In this document: one piece after another, positions 37,770 through 47,483 of the stretch
How the letters are laid out: every line of letters begins with the position of its first letter
Position numbering within the stretch: position 1 is the first letter of the stretch
Assembly: GCA_963740085.1 (NCBI GenBank)
Contig: CAVUCU010000001.1
Span: 544,001 to 608,000 of the forward strand
Reading direction: 5' to 3'
Origin: Nitrospirota bacterium
GTDB taxonomy: Bacteria; Nitrospirota; UBA9217
DNA length: 64,000 nucleotides
The notes under the pieces: model-generated
The model's database searches: none
Seen by the model: the letters and a program-made list of their open reading frames with translations, nothing else
What the model was told of the DNA's origin: nothing
Program-made: the position numbers and the translations under genes

Positions 37770-37997
37770 TCAGATGATCCGGGTGGCAATCGAGCGCGTC
37801 ACCGTCAGTTCCCGGACTTTCTGTCCGAGCTTTTCTTCAAGGACCTTTTGCTGCTCTTCGCTGAGGCTCAGTCGGAAGACCCGGAGCTTATTCAAGGAAC
37901 GCTTGGTAAGGTAGATCTCGTGCAGCTCAAATCCGATCTGTTTTTTAATATCTGAACGCTGCTGCGGTGACAATTCAAGTAAGACAGTCTCTTCCAT
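37770..37997 (-). CDS. Hypothetical 75-aa protein with internal duplication
   Basis: GGAGG RBS, near-consensus promoter, two ungapped 26-aa repeats. Confidence 0.7.
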   Translation of the reverse strand: MEETVLLELSPQQRSDIKKQIGFELHEIYLTKRSLNKLRVFRLSLSEEQQKVLEEKLGQKVRELTVTRSIATRII

Positions 37998-38021
37998 CGA
38001 GCGAACCCTCCATCAGATTTG

Positions 38022-38050
38022 ATTATAGGCACTTTAATTCGGAATTTCAA
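38022..38050 (-). promoter_or_regulatory. Sigma70 promoter for the 75-aa gene
   Basis: TTGAAA-N17-TATAAT on - strand. Confidence 0.65.
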
Positions 38051-38196
38051 GTTTTTTTTGAGGTTGCTTTTTTCGATTGCTGTTTAACAACTATTACCTG
38101 TTCCACGATGAATAACATGGGATAAGGTTTAGGGCCTGGAATACCACGTGAAATCGACAAGGAGCAAGCTCTTTACTCTGTGCGGCTGCCGAATAC

Positions 38197-39894
38197 TTAC
38201 GTTTCCAGAATAAGCTTCTTCGCTACCGTCTCCACCGCCTTTTCGATCTTCACCTTCTCGACCTGCCCGGTCTTCCGCTCTTTCAGTTCCACGAGCCCAT
38301 CCTTGAGATTCTTCTCGCCGATGATGATCCGATGGGGGATGCCGATAAGGTCCGCGTCCTTGAACTTGACTCCGGCACGTTCGTCGCGATCGTCCATCAG
38401 GACCTCAAAGCCCATTTTTTCCAGGGCCGCGTACAGCTCTTCCGCAACATCCATGGATTTCGCGTCTTTCGAGTTCACCGGGATAATAAGGAGCTGGTAC
38501 GGCGCTATCGCAGGCGGCCAGATGATTCCGTTCTCATCGTTCCCCTGCTCGACCGCCGCGGCTGCGATGCGCGCCGGGCCGATTCCGTAGCTGCCCATGA
38601 CTATCGGCTTCTCCGCGCCGCTCTCGTCCAGATAGTTCGCCTTCAGCGGCACCGAGTACCTCGTTCCAAGCTTGAAGATATTTCCGATCTCTATCACCCG
38701 CTCGATGCGGAGGGGTTTGCCGCACTGCACGCAGGCATCTCCCGCCGCAGCAACGTGAATATCGGCAAACTCTGCATCGCTGAAGTGTTTGTCGGCACTG
38801 ACCCCTTTTACGTGATACCCTTCTTTGTTCGCCCCTGCTACGTAGAGGCCCTGCTTGAGCGTGGGGTCCGCTATTTTTCTTATTGTGGCCGCATGGTCCA
38901 TCGGTCCTATAAAGCCTGCCGGGACACCGAGCGCGGCCTTCACTTCGTCCTTCTGCGCAGGCTTGTAAGGTCCAATGAGCTTCGTAAGCTTCTTCTCATG
39001 CAAAGTCTGGTCCCCGCGTACCAGGGCAAGCACGGGTCCCTTATCGCTCATGAGGAGAAGGGACTTGATGAAAAGGTTCGGCGTCAGTTTCAGAAATCCT
39101 GTCACCTCCTGGATGGTACGTTTCTCCGGTGTCGCCACTTCTTCAATCTGCCACGCGGGGAACGGCGGCGACAGAGGGGCCGATTCCGCAAGCTCCACAT
39201 TCGCCGCATATCCGCAGCCGTCACAGAGCGCCACCTCGTCCTCGCCGGCCGGAGACGGCGCCATGAACTCATGCGCGCCCGTGCCGCCCATCATGCCCAT
39301 ATCGCTCTGCACCACGGCGAATTTCAACCCGCAGCGGCTGTAGATCTTCTTATATGCTTCGAGATGAACATCGTAGGATCTGTCGAGTCCCGCCTCGTCC
39401 CGATCGAAGCTGTAGGAATCCTTCATGATGAACTCGCGCGTGCGCAGGATGCCGCTCTTGGGACGGGCCTCATCGCGCAGTTTGGTCTGGAACTGATACC
39501 AGATCTGCGGCAGGTCGCGGTACGACCGCAGGTCGTGCGCCGCGAGCCAGGTCATGACCTCCTCGTGCGTCATGGCAAGGCACATGTCGCGGCCGCCGCG
39601 GTCCTTCAGCCGGAACATCTCGTCGCCGATGGTGTCCCACCGTCCGGTCTGCTGCCATATCTCTGCCGGGTGCAGCACCGGCATGGTCACTTCCTGGCCG
39701 CCGATGGCGTTCATCTCCTCCCGGATGATCCGATCTATCTTGTCCATCACCCGCTGGCCGAGAGGGAGATAGATATAGAGTCCGGCAGCCAGCTGCCGCA
39801 CGAATCCCCCGCGCACCATGAGTTTGTGCGAGACAGCCTCGGCCTCGGCCGGAGCCTCTTTTAATGTTGGGACGAATAAACGGGAATAACGCAT
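38197..39894 (-). CDS. proS: Proline--tRNA ligase
   Basis: ATG at 39894 (MRYSRLFVPTLKE) with GGAGG RBS; THEE, LRTREFIMKD, MGSYGIG, GVKFKDADLIG. Confidence 0.97.
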   Translation of the reverse strand: MRYSRLFVPTLKEAPAEAEAVSHKLMVRGGFVRQLAAGLYIYLPLGQRVMDKIDRIIREEMNAIGGQEVTMPVLHPAEIWQQTGRWDTIGDEMFRLKDRGGRDMCLAMTHEEVMTWLAAHDLRSYRDLPQIWYQFQTKLRDEARPKSGILRTREFIMKDSYSFDRDEAGLDRSYDVHLEAYKKIYSRCGLKFAVVQSDMGMMGGTGAHEFMAPSPAGEDEVALCDGCGYAANVELAESAPLSPPFPAWQIEEVATPEKRTIQEVTGFLKLTPNLFIKSLLLMSDKGPVLALVRGDQTLHEKKLTKLIGPYKPAQKDEVKAALGVPAGFIGPMDHAATIRKIADPTLKQGLYVAGANKEGYHVKGVSADKHFSDAEFADIHVAAAGDACVQCGKPLRIERVIEIGNIFKLGTRYSVPLKANYLDESGAEKPIVMGSYGIGPARIAAAAVEQGNDENGIIWPPAIAPYQLLIIPVNSKDAKSMDVAEELYAALEKMGFEVLMDDRDERAGVKFKDADLIGIPHRIIIGEKNLKDGLVELKERKTGQVEKVKIEKAVETVAKKLILET

Positions 39895-39906
39895 GGAACC
39901 TCCATA

Positions 39907-39984
39907 AGACAGGAGACAGGAGACAGGAGTCAGGGGAAAAGCTCTACCTGCTCTCCTCTGGCTTCTGGCTCCCGGCTCCTGACT
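39907..39984. repeat. Palindromic heptamer-repeat element (AGACAGG-type), overlapping the ispG 3' end
   Basis: (AGACAGG)3-AGTCAGG ... CTTCTGG-CTCCCGG-CTCCTGA. Confidence 0.75.
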
Positions 39985-41077
39985 TCTTCTCATCAGCTAG
40001 TTTTTCAACCTCACCTACAAGCACATCCGCCAGGTCCTTCTCGTCGAATTTCTTTGAGATCTCGCCGCGTTTGAAGAGCAGTCCGACACCCTTGCCGCCG
40101 GCAATGCCAACGTCTGCCTCTCGCGCCTCGCCGGGTCCGTTCACCACACACCCCATGACCGCTACCGTGATCGGCGTCTTGATATGCGCCAGTCTCTTTT
40201 CTACTTCCTGTGCAAGACCGATGATGTTGATCTCGGTCCTTCCGCAGGTGGGACAGGAAATGATATTCACCCCGCGTTGGCGGATCTTGAGCGACGCCAA
40301 TATCCCGTAAGCAGCGCGTACTTCCTCAACCGGGTCAGCGGTGAGAGAAACACGCATGGTATCACCAATGCCCTCCGCCAGCAGGATGCCGAGTCCGACG
40401 CTCGATTTGATCGTGCCTGAGAAAAGCGTTCCCGCCTCCGAGATGCCGATGTGCAGCGGATAATCCGACTTTATCGAGAACAGCCGGTAGGACGCAACCG
40501 TAGTCATCACATCCGAGGCCTTGAGCGAAACCTTGAGATTGGCGAAGTTCAGGTCTTCGAGGATGCGGATGTGACCAAAGGCGCTCTCAACGATCGCCTC
40601 GGGAGTGGGGTGCCGGTACTTTTCGAGCAAATGCCTTTCAAGGGACCCCGCGTTCACCCCGATGCGAATCGGGATGCCTTTGTCCTTGCAGGCCCGCACT
40701 ACCTCGGAAACCTTGTCCTTTCCGCCGATGTTGCCGGGATTGATCCGGAGCCCGTCCACGCCCTGTTTAACGGACTCAAGCGCCAGACGGTGGTCAAAGT
40801 GGATGTCGGCGATGAGCGGAAGCCTCGTGCCCTTTCTGATCACACCGAGTGCCCTCGCGGCTTCTTCATCCGGCACGGCGAGCCGTACGATCTCGCACCC
40901 GGCCTGTTCCAGGCGGCTGATCTGATCGAGCGTCTTGGCGGTGTCACGCGTGTCCGTGTTGCACATGGATTGAACAGCGACCGGTGCGTTGTTGCCGATC
41001 GTGACGGACCCGAGGGTGATCTGTTTGGTCTTTTTTCTAATGATACGTTCCACGATGAACAGATACCTGATAAGCAA
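39944..41077 (-). CDS. ispG: HMBPP synthase IspG (start uncertain)
   Basis: VQSM, ADIHF, RINPGN, RIGVNAGS, SCPTCGR, MGCVVNGPGE. Confidence 0.96.
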   Translation of the reverse strand: MLIRYLFIVERIIRKKTKQITLGSVTIGNNAPVAVQSMCNTDTRDTAKTLDQISRLEQAGCEIVRLAVPDEEAARALGVIRKGTRLPLIADIHFDHRLALESVKQGVDGLRINPGNIGGKDKVSEVVRACKDKGIPIRIGVNAGSLERHLLEKYRHPTPEAIVESAFGHIRILEDLNFANLKVSLKASDVMTTVASYRLFSIKSDYPLHIGISEAGTLFSGTIKSSVGLGILLAEGIGDTMRVSLTADPVEEVRAAYGILASLKIRQRGVNIISCPTCGRTEINIIGLAQEVEKRLAHIKTPITVAVMGCVVNGPGEAREADVGIAGGKGVGLLFKRGEISKKFDEKDLADVLVGEVEKLADEKKSGAGSQKPEESR

Positions 41078-41085
41078 AAGAATTT

Positions 41086-41162
41086 ACCGCGAAGGCGCCA
41101 AGAGTGCAAGGGAACCTCAATTTCAGGCATTAATCCTTCGCGTTCTTCGCGTCCTCGCGGTT
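41086..41162. repeat. Palindromic nonamer-repeat element (CGCGAAG-type)
   Basis: ACCGCGAAGGCGCCAAGAGTGCAAGG ... CCTTCGCGTTCTTCGCGTCCTCGCGGT. Confidence 0.7.
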
Positions 41163-41182
41163 CAAGGTTTTCTGCTTTACTT

Positions 41183-42466
41183 TTACTTGCTGAAGAACAT
41201 CCTCATGACATCGTTATACGACACCACGGCGATCAGGGTGATCAACAACCCGGCTCCTATGCTCTGCGAAACCTCCATCACCTTCCTGCTGAGCGGCTTT
41301 TTGCGGATCGCCTCGATCACGAGGAACAGGATCATTCCGCCGTCGAGCACCGGGATGGGCAGGAGGTTCAGCACTCCGAGCGAGATGCTGATCATGGCGA
41401 GGAGCGACAGGAACGCCGACAATCCGGCGGCCGCCGCCTGGCCCGACATCTGCGCGATCATCACCGGCCCTCCGAGCGTCTTGATCGAGAGGTCGAACGT
41501 AATAAGCTTCTTGAGCGTGATGAGCGTCAGGTCAACGGACTCGATGGTCTTGTCGAAACCGAGTCGCAGGGATTCGACAAATCCGTATTTCTTGAATACC
41601 AGCAGCGGGACCGGCTCAACGCCGATCACGTATCTGCCGCCGTCCTCTTTTGGGGTAACGATCTTCTCCAGGCGCTTGCCGTTCCGTTCGACCGTAAGCG
41701 TGAGCTTGTCCCCCTTGCTCTCGCGCACAAGCGTGGAGAACTGGTACCAGTTATAGATTGTCTTCCCGTCAACAGCGATGACCTTGTCGTTCACCATGAT
41801 CCCGGCCTGCTCAGCAGGGAATCCCGGCTTCAGTTTTCCTATCTCCGCCGAAATATCGGGGGCCAGACCGGACTTTCCGATCCTGAGCTCTGTCGCCAGG
41901 TCAGGCCGGAGCGTCAAGGTCTTTTTTTCACCCTGCCGCTCGACGATGACCGTTACGTCGGTATCGGGGTTCACCGCGATCAGGGTCAGCGCCTTGGTCC
42001 AGTCGCTGATGCTCCTGCCGTTGATCTCCTCGATCACGTCGCCGGCCATAAAACCGGCCCGCGCGGCAGATGAACCTGTCTCAACATAACCGACCTTGGC
42101 CGGGCCCTCGCTGTACGTCCCGACCATGAAGACGAACGGCATTATGATGAAAGCCAAGACGATGTTCGTAAGCGGTCCCGTTGCCGCTATCTTCGCGCGT
42201 TGCCACACGGTCTTGGACTGGAACTCGTCCGGAGCCCCCGTGGGTTCCTCGTCCGGGTTCTCTCCCGCCATCTTCACGTACCCGCCGAGCGGCAGCGCGG
42301 AGAGGACATACTCCGTATCACCCTTCTTGAAGCCGAAGAGCTTCGGACCCATGCCGAGCGAGAACTTCTCTACCCGTACACCTGCCCGTTTTGCCATGAG
42401 GAAGTGACCGAATTCGTGTACGAACACGAGAATTCCGATCACGACCAGAAAATATACGAATGTCAT
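41183..42466 (-). CDS. rseP: RIP metalloprotease RseP
   Basis: HEFGH, PLGGYV, two PDZ-like segments, NLLPIPVLDGG. Confidence 0.96.
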   Translation of the reverse strand: MTFVYFLVVIGILVFVHEFGHFLMAKRAGVRVEKFSLGMGPKLFGFKKGDTEYVLSALPLGGYVKMAGENPDEEPTGAPDEFQSKTVWQRAKIAATGPLTNIVLAFIIMPFVFMVGTYSEGPAKVGYVETGSSAARAGFMAGDVIEEINGRSISDWTKALTLIAVNPDTDVTVIVERQGEKKTLTLRPDLATELRIGKSGLAPDISAEIGKLKPGFPAEQAGIMVNDKVIAVDGKTIYNWYQFSTLVRESKGDKLTLTVERNGKRLEKIVTPKEDGGRYVIGVEPVPLLVFKKYGFVESLRLGFDKTIESVDLTLITLKKLITFDLSIKTLGGPVMIAQMSGQAAAAGLSAFLSLLAMISISLGVLNLLPIPVLDGGMILFLVIEAIRKKPLSRKVMEVSQSIGAGLLITLIAVVSYNDVMRMFFSK

Positions 42467-42513
42467 GCTGACTCCTCTTAAGACACAGATTTATAACATT
42501 ATAAAAAGCTCTC

Positions 42514-42605
42514 AGGAGAAATGGTGATGAAGGGAGAAATGGAGAGAACTATAATAGGGGTAAATTCTTTCCCCTTTTCTCCGTTATTCCCTCCCCCTTT
42601 CTCCT
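42514..42605. repeat. Palindromic purine/pyrimidine ~8-mer repeat element
   Basis: AGGAGAAATGG..GGGAGAAATGGAGAG ... TTTCCCCTTTTCTCCG..CCCCTTTCTCCT. Confidence 0.55.
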
Positions 42606-42616
42606 AAATATTTTTT

Positions 42617-43807
42617 TTATTTAGCTTTCCCCTGGACCCTTGACCCTATTATTTTCTCCGCTTCCTGTCGCGCCCAGAGGTCCGCCTTGAGCGCATCTTC
42701 CACGGTCTTGATATTCATCGGCGTATGGACGTCCATCGTTGTCCTGATCACACGGGCAATGTCAGCGTAACCGATCTTCTCTTCGAGAAAATACTTGACC
42801 GCCACCTCGTTCGCGGCCGAGAGCACCGCGGGCATGCTGCCTCCCGATTTCAATGCATCGAAGGCATAGACAAGGCAGGGGAACCGGTCCAGATCCGGCT
42901 CTTCGAAGGTAAGCGTGCCCACGGTGGCGAGGTCGAGTGCCGGAGACACATCCGAAAGCCGCTCGGGATACGACAGCGCGTAGGCGATCGGTCCTTTCAT
43001 GTCCGGTATGCCGAGCTGCGCCACGACCGCCCCGTCATGATATTCCACCATTGAATGGACAATGCTTTGGGGATGGACAAGCACCTTGATCTTCCCGGGG
43101 ACGACGTCAAAGAGCCACCGCGCCTCGATCACCTCGAGCCCCTTATTCATGAGCGTTGCGGAATCGATCGTGATCTTCCTGCCCATGCTCCAGTTCGGGT
43201 GTTTGAGCGCCTGCGCCAATGTCACGTTCGCAAGATGTTTTTTTGTAAATGCACGAAATGGACCGCCGGACGCCGTCAAAACCAGTTTCCTGATATCCGT
43301 GCTCGCGCCGGCAAGCAGGCACTGGAAAATAGCGCTGTGCTCGCTGTCCACCGGAAGGATGCGAACGCCCCGGGCCCGGCACTCGGCCATGACCAGTTCG
43401 CCCGCGGTCACGAGCACTTCCTTGTTCGCAAGCGCTATGTCCTTGCCGGCACGAACGGCCGCCATGGTCGGCACGAGCCCTGCGGTCCCCACGATCGCCG
43501 AAACCGTGATATCCGCCTCATCGGCAGCCGCGACCTGGATCATGCCCTCGACGCCGGAGAAGATACGTATGCTAAGGTCACTGCACCGCTGCTTCAGGTC
43601 CGCCGCTGAACGCTCGCTCAACACTGACACAATCGACGGACTGAACTGCCGGACCTGTTTTTCTAACAGCTCGACATTATTCCCCGCCGCAAGCGCAACC
43701 ACCGTGAATCGCTCCGGGAATTTTTCAACCACCGAGAGCGTTGACTGTCCGATCGAACCTGTAGAACCCAGTATGGATATTTTTTTCAAGCTGTCCCGTT
43801 CAGGCAC
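42617..43807 (-). CDS. dxr: 1-deoxy-D-xylulose-5-phosphate reductoisomerase
   Basis: [39 protein letters not shown]. Confidence 0.97.
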   Translation of the reverse strand: MPERDSLKKISILGSTGSIGQSTLSVVEKFPERFTVVALAAGNNVELLEKQVRQFSPSIVSVLSERSAADLKQRCSDLSIRIFSGVEGMIQVAAADEADITVSAIVGTAGLVPTMAAVRAGKDIALANKEVLVTAGELVMAECRARGVRILPVDSEHSAIFQCLLAGASTDIRKLVLTASGGPFRAFTKKHLANVTLAQALKHPNWSMGRKITIDSATLMNKGLEVIEARWLFDVVPGKIKVLVHPQSIVHSMVEYHDGAVVAQLGIPDMKGPIAYALSYPERLSDVSPALDLATVGTLTFEEPDLDRFPCLVYAFDALKSGGSMPAVLSAANEVAVKYFLEEKIGYADIARVIRTTMDVHTPMNIKTVEDALKADLWARQEAEKIIGSRVQGKAK

Positions 43808-43821
43808 GGCGCACCGAGCCC

Positions 43822-44628
43822 CTACCCCCGCATTCTTAAATAGTAGAACAATACCGGCGCGGCAAACAGCATGCTATCCATGCGGTCGAGGATCCCGCCG
43901 TGACCGGGGATGAAATCACCCGAATCCTTGACCCCTGCTGCGCGCTTGAACAGCGACTCAGTTAGGTCGCCGATAGTTCCTGCAACCCCGAGCATGAGGG
44001 CGACCGCGATCGCTTCGCCCACACCGATGGGCGGCATGAACCAGACCCGGCACAGGAGCGCCATGGCAGAGGACGCAACCAGCGCGCCAAGAAGCCCCTC
44101 AATGCTTTTCTTCGGGCTCACCTTCTCATAGAGCCGGTGCTTCCCGAAGGGAATGCCGACGGAATAGGCGCCGATGTCCGATGCCCAGATGATGAAATAG
44201 AGGAACACAAGCCATTGTTTCCCGTCATCGCCGGTCCGGATCGCCACCTGGAACGCGAACAGCATGGCCACGTAGAACACACCCAGGAAAGTGGCCGCCA
44301 CGTCCTCGAGCGCGCCGTCAACAGGCCGGGATGAGAAAAGCCGCGCGATCATGATCAGAAGCATGCCGGCGGCTACCTGAAAGGAACTCCCCCCCGGCAC
44401 CGGAAGCTGGGGATGATAGAAACCCAGTACGATCAGCGCGCCGAGAACGATCCCGAGCACAACATCGGGATGCGACCCCCTGGCCTGCGCCATGCGGTAA
44501 AACTCATACTGTCCCACGGCCACGGCTGCCAGCACCATCGCGGTGAAATAAATCGGCGGAAGGTTCCAGGCGAAGAGGTAGAAGATGGGCAGGAACAGCA
44601 GTCCTGAGATCACTCTTTTATACAACAT
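43822..44628 (-). CDS. cdsA: Phosphatidate cytidylyltransferase
   Basis: ATG at 44628 (MLYKRVIS); [37 protein letters not shown]. Confidence 0.94.
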   Translation of the reverse strand: MLYKRVISGLLFLPIFYLFAWNLPPIYFTAMVLAAVAVGQYEFYRMAQARGSHPDVVLGIVLGALIVLGFYHPQLPVPGGSSFQVAAGMLLIMIARLFSSRPVDGALEDVAATFLGVFYVAMLFAFQVAIRTGDDGKQWLVFLYFIIWASDIGAYSVGIPFGKHRLYEKVSPKKSIEGLLGALVASSAMALLCRVWFMPPIGVGEAIAVALMLGVAGTIGDLTESLFKRAAGVKDSGDFIPGHGGILDRMDSMLFAAPVLFYYLRMRG

Positions 44629-44840
44629 GCGTTGTCTCCCTGAAATCCGGGGCAAATCCGGCAAACGGCAGATTCTCCTGATGAACGGAATGTCCTCCTC
44701 GAATCCTGAGCGACCCGACTGGTTTCGCCGAGGTCCTGTCGAAGGATCGTGAAGACCGTCTTCCCTGCAGTAAGAACCGGTCCCGCTCAAATTCAATGCG
44801 GAAAAGGCGCAATGGCGACTTCAACCTCCGCGCAACTCCG

Positions 44841-45632
44841 TCACTTCAGCATCTGCTGTTCCTGCGTCAGGCCAAACCGGCGCTGACGCCCCTGATAATC
44901 CAGAAGCGCGGCCAGGAGGTCCCGCTCTTCGAAATCGGGCCAGAGGGTGTCCGTGAAATAAAGTTCGGCGTAGGCAGCCTGCCAAAGAAGAAAGTTGCTG
45001 ATGCGTTTCTCGCCGCTCGTGCGGATGATCAGGTCCAGGTCGGACAACCCCGCCGTGTCGAGGAAGGAGGAAAAGATCTCTTCCGTGACATCCGCTGCCG
45101 CGATATTCGCCGAGCGCAGGCGCTTGATCGCTTCCAGTATCTCGCCGCGACCGCCATAGGACAGCGCCACGTTCAGAACCATACCGGTGTTCTTTTCCGT
45201 CTCTGACAAGGCCCGTTCGATCCACGCCTGTACCGATGCCGGAAGCCGTTCGGTCCTGCCGATGGTGCGAAACCGGATCCCGTTTGCCTTCATGGTCGTG
45301 ATCTCGGCCTTGAGAAAGGCCCCGAGCAGGTCCATGAGAAAACCCACCTCTTCCCTTGGCCTGCCCCAGTTCTCGTCGGAAAAGGCAAAGAGCGTCAACA
45401 CCTGGATACCGTACTGCCGGCACTGTTCCGTGATACGGCGCACCGTGTCCACACCCCTCTTATGTCCGGCGACGCGCGGCAGGCCATGGCGCTGCGCCCA
45501 ACGGCCGTTGCCGTCCATGATGATGGCAATGTGCTTCGGCAGGGCGTTCATATCCAGCCGGGCGCGAAGCTGATCAAGTGTCTGATTTTTGCTTTTCATC
45601 CCCTTGTGAATCTCCATTCGTCGCTCATGCAA
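44841..45632 (-). CDS. uppS: Undecaprenyl diphosphate synthase (start may be slightly downstream)
   Basis: HIAIIMDGNGRWA, FSDENW, YGGR, IRTSGE.RISNFLLWQ. Confidence 0.96.
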   Translation of the reverse strand: MHERRMEIHKGMKSKNQTLDQLRARLDMNALPKHIAIIMDGNGRWAQRHGLPRVAGHKRGVDTVRRITEQCRQYGIQVLTLFAFSDENWGRPREEVGFLMDLLGAFLKAEITTMKANGIRFRTIGRTERLPASVQAWIERALSETEKNTGMVLNVALSYGGRGEILEAIKRLRSANIAAADVTEEIFSSFLDTAGLSDLDLIIRTSGEKRISNFLLWQAAYAELYFTDTLWPDFEERDLLAALLDYQGRQRRFGLTQEQQMLK

Positions 45633-45661
45633 CCTGCAGGGTGACCGCAGTCAACTTATTT

Positions 45662-47422
45662 CTACTTCGCGGCATAGCTCATCACGCGAACGCGATCGGC
45701 CGCGAACAGCCCGCCGGGAGTCATCACAAGCGCCAGAATCTGAGCACCGGCACCCTGCCGGATGATCTGATAATCCAGGACCGCGCCCGGGATGTCCTTG
45801 ATGCTCCACCGCTGCTCGAGCCTTGCGCCTGTCCAGCCCAGGTCTATGAACTCGGCGTTTGTGTAACCGGGCAGGATCTTCCCGCCGCTGTTCTTCGGCA
45901 GCAGGATCTCATCTTTGCCGTCTCCGTTCAGGTCCGCCGTACCCACCCGTCCGCGTATCCTCACCTTCCGCGACTTGTCGATCTCGGCAGGCGGCGAAAT
46001 GACGGCCTCGATCCCGGTCAACGGTTTTATCACGATCGTTCCGACCGAGGGATACGTCTCCTCACTCTTCCAGATAGACGCCCCGTTGGAGAAAACAAGC
46101 AGCTGGTCCTTATCGCTGAGCGCGACAAGAAGGGGGCTGGTTTCCCCTGCGTCGACATACGCAAACCCGTAGAGGTCCACCCCTTTAGGCAGCGGGAACT
46201 CCGATGTAGGGACATATTTCCCGTCAAGCCAGACATATTGCTTCGGCTGTCCGACAAAGAACGAAACAGGGTCGTAACCCTGGCCGAGCAGAACGACCTC
46301 CTTCCGGGAAGAGACGACGACCCGGAGGAACCCCGGCACGTCGGCGATCCGCTGGTAGACGCCGTCCTTGAACTCTATGACGTACGAAATAACGGTGCCT
46401 TTCAGCATGCCGGTCACAAAGATCTCCGGTCTGCCGTTTCCGTTGATGTCCGACACATCGAGGTTGAAGTGCTGCATCTCGTCGGACGCGTAGGTAATGT
46501 TCTCGACCCATTCCTCCCGCCATCCCGAAGGCCCCTGCTTGAAGATATGAAGCTTTGCACCGTCGGAAAAAATATACTGCAGCGAGCCGGTCCCTTCAAG
46601 GTCGGCAGCAGCGAACAACTGTGCATTGAAGGGCAGGTACGCGGTCTCCCGTTTTTCCTCCATCGGCGGAGCGAAGAACGGTTTGACTTCCCCGAGTGCG
46701 TCCCGCTTGGTCCTGAGATCGAGCATGGCGACGATCGTATCGAGAGGTCTGGCATCATCAGCATAGTATAACCCCGCGGTCACCAGATATTTGCCTTCCG
46801 AGGGAAGGATCTCGATCGTCAGGACCATATCGAGATTGAAGGTCTTTCCCATCTCCTTGATCAGGGAGGCATCGCGCTGCTTTTTATCGCTCAGAAATGC
46901 CGCCCCCTTTTCGCTGTCGAGCACGGTGAACCTGCCGGTCTCCGTCAATCGCTCGGCAAGACCCTGGATGATCTCGGGATGTTCCGTCCGGAGCGGGATT
47001 ATCGCGAGTCCTATCTTTTTCGGCGTGATCCGCGCCTTGTCCCCGACCCTGGGCTCCTTCAGTTTATTCTTCATTACTCCGGTGGACGTCGTCTCGCCCG
47101 GAACGGTCACCTCGAGGGTGCCGACCTCTTCCTCGAGACGGCCTATCACCTGATTCGTTACGGGGTGGCGTATCTCCTTGCCGTCCCTCCATACCGTAAG
47201 GTCAACGCCTTGCCGAAGCCCGTCCTTGGTCCCGAGCGTTATCGTAATCACGTCCCCCTCAACGGACTTCACCTCACCCTGCACCTTGGGGAAGTATGAC
47301 GAGATCGCTGTCGCAAGTTCGTCCACAGAGGTATATTCCTTCACTCCGAGCGATTTCTCCGCGGCAACGGCGCCGGTGACGAGCAGCAGGGTCAGCAGAC
47401 ACGGTAAGATCACTTTTTTCAT
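45662..47422 (-). CDS. Secreted FG-GAP/VCBS repeat protein
   Basis: ATG at 47422 (MKKVIL) with GAGG RBS and signal peptide; DLEGTG, DINGNGRPEI, DLNGDGKDEI repeats. Confidence 0.75.
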   Translation of the reverse strand: MKKVILPCLLTLLLVTGAVAAEKSLGVKEYTSVDELATAISSYFPKVQGEVKSVEGDVITITLGTKDGLRQGVDLTVWRDGKEIRHPVTNQVIGRLEEEVGTLEVTVPGETTSTGVMKNKLKEPRVGDKARITPKKIGLAIIPLRTEHPEIIQGLAERLTETGRFTVLDSEKGAAFLSDKKQRDASLIKEMGKTFNLDMVLTIEILPSEGKYLVTAGLYYADDARPLDTIVAMLDLRTKRDALGEVKPFFAPPMEEKRETAYLPFNAQLFAAADLEGTGSLQYIFSDGAKLHIFKQGPSGWREEWVENITYASDEMQHFNLDVSDINGNGRPEIFVTGMLKGTVISYVIEFKDGVYQRIADVPGFLRVVVSSRKEVVLLGQGYDPVSFFVGQPKQYVWLDGKYVPTSEFPLPKGVDLYGFAYVDAGETSPLLVALSDKDQLLVFSNGASIWKSEETYPSVGTIVIKPLTGIEAVISPPAEIDKSRKVRIRGRVGTADLNGDGKDEILLPKNSGGKILPGYTNAEFIDLGWTGARLEQRWSIKDIPGAVLDYQIIRQGAGAQILALVMTPGGLFAADRVRVMSYAAK

Positions 47423-47483
47423 TTCGATGATAACCTCTTTAATCCAAAATTTTTTATCACACTCAAAGACAATGTCCAATATT

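Noticed and set aside
39895-39993. N-terminal extension of ProS in the ORF track
   Set aside because: It is the translated heptamer repeat; the start with an RBS is at 39894.
44618-44824. 68-aa ORF or long CdsA N-terminal extension between uppS and cdsA
   Set aside because: No motifs; CdsA homology starts at 44628.
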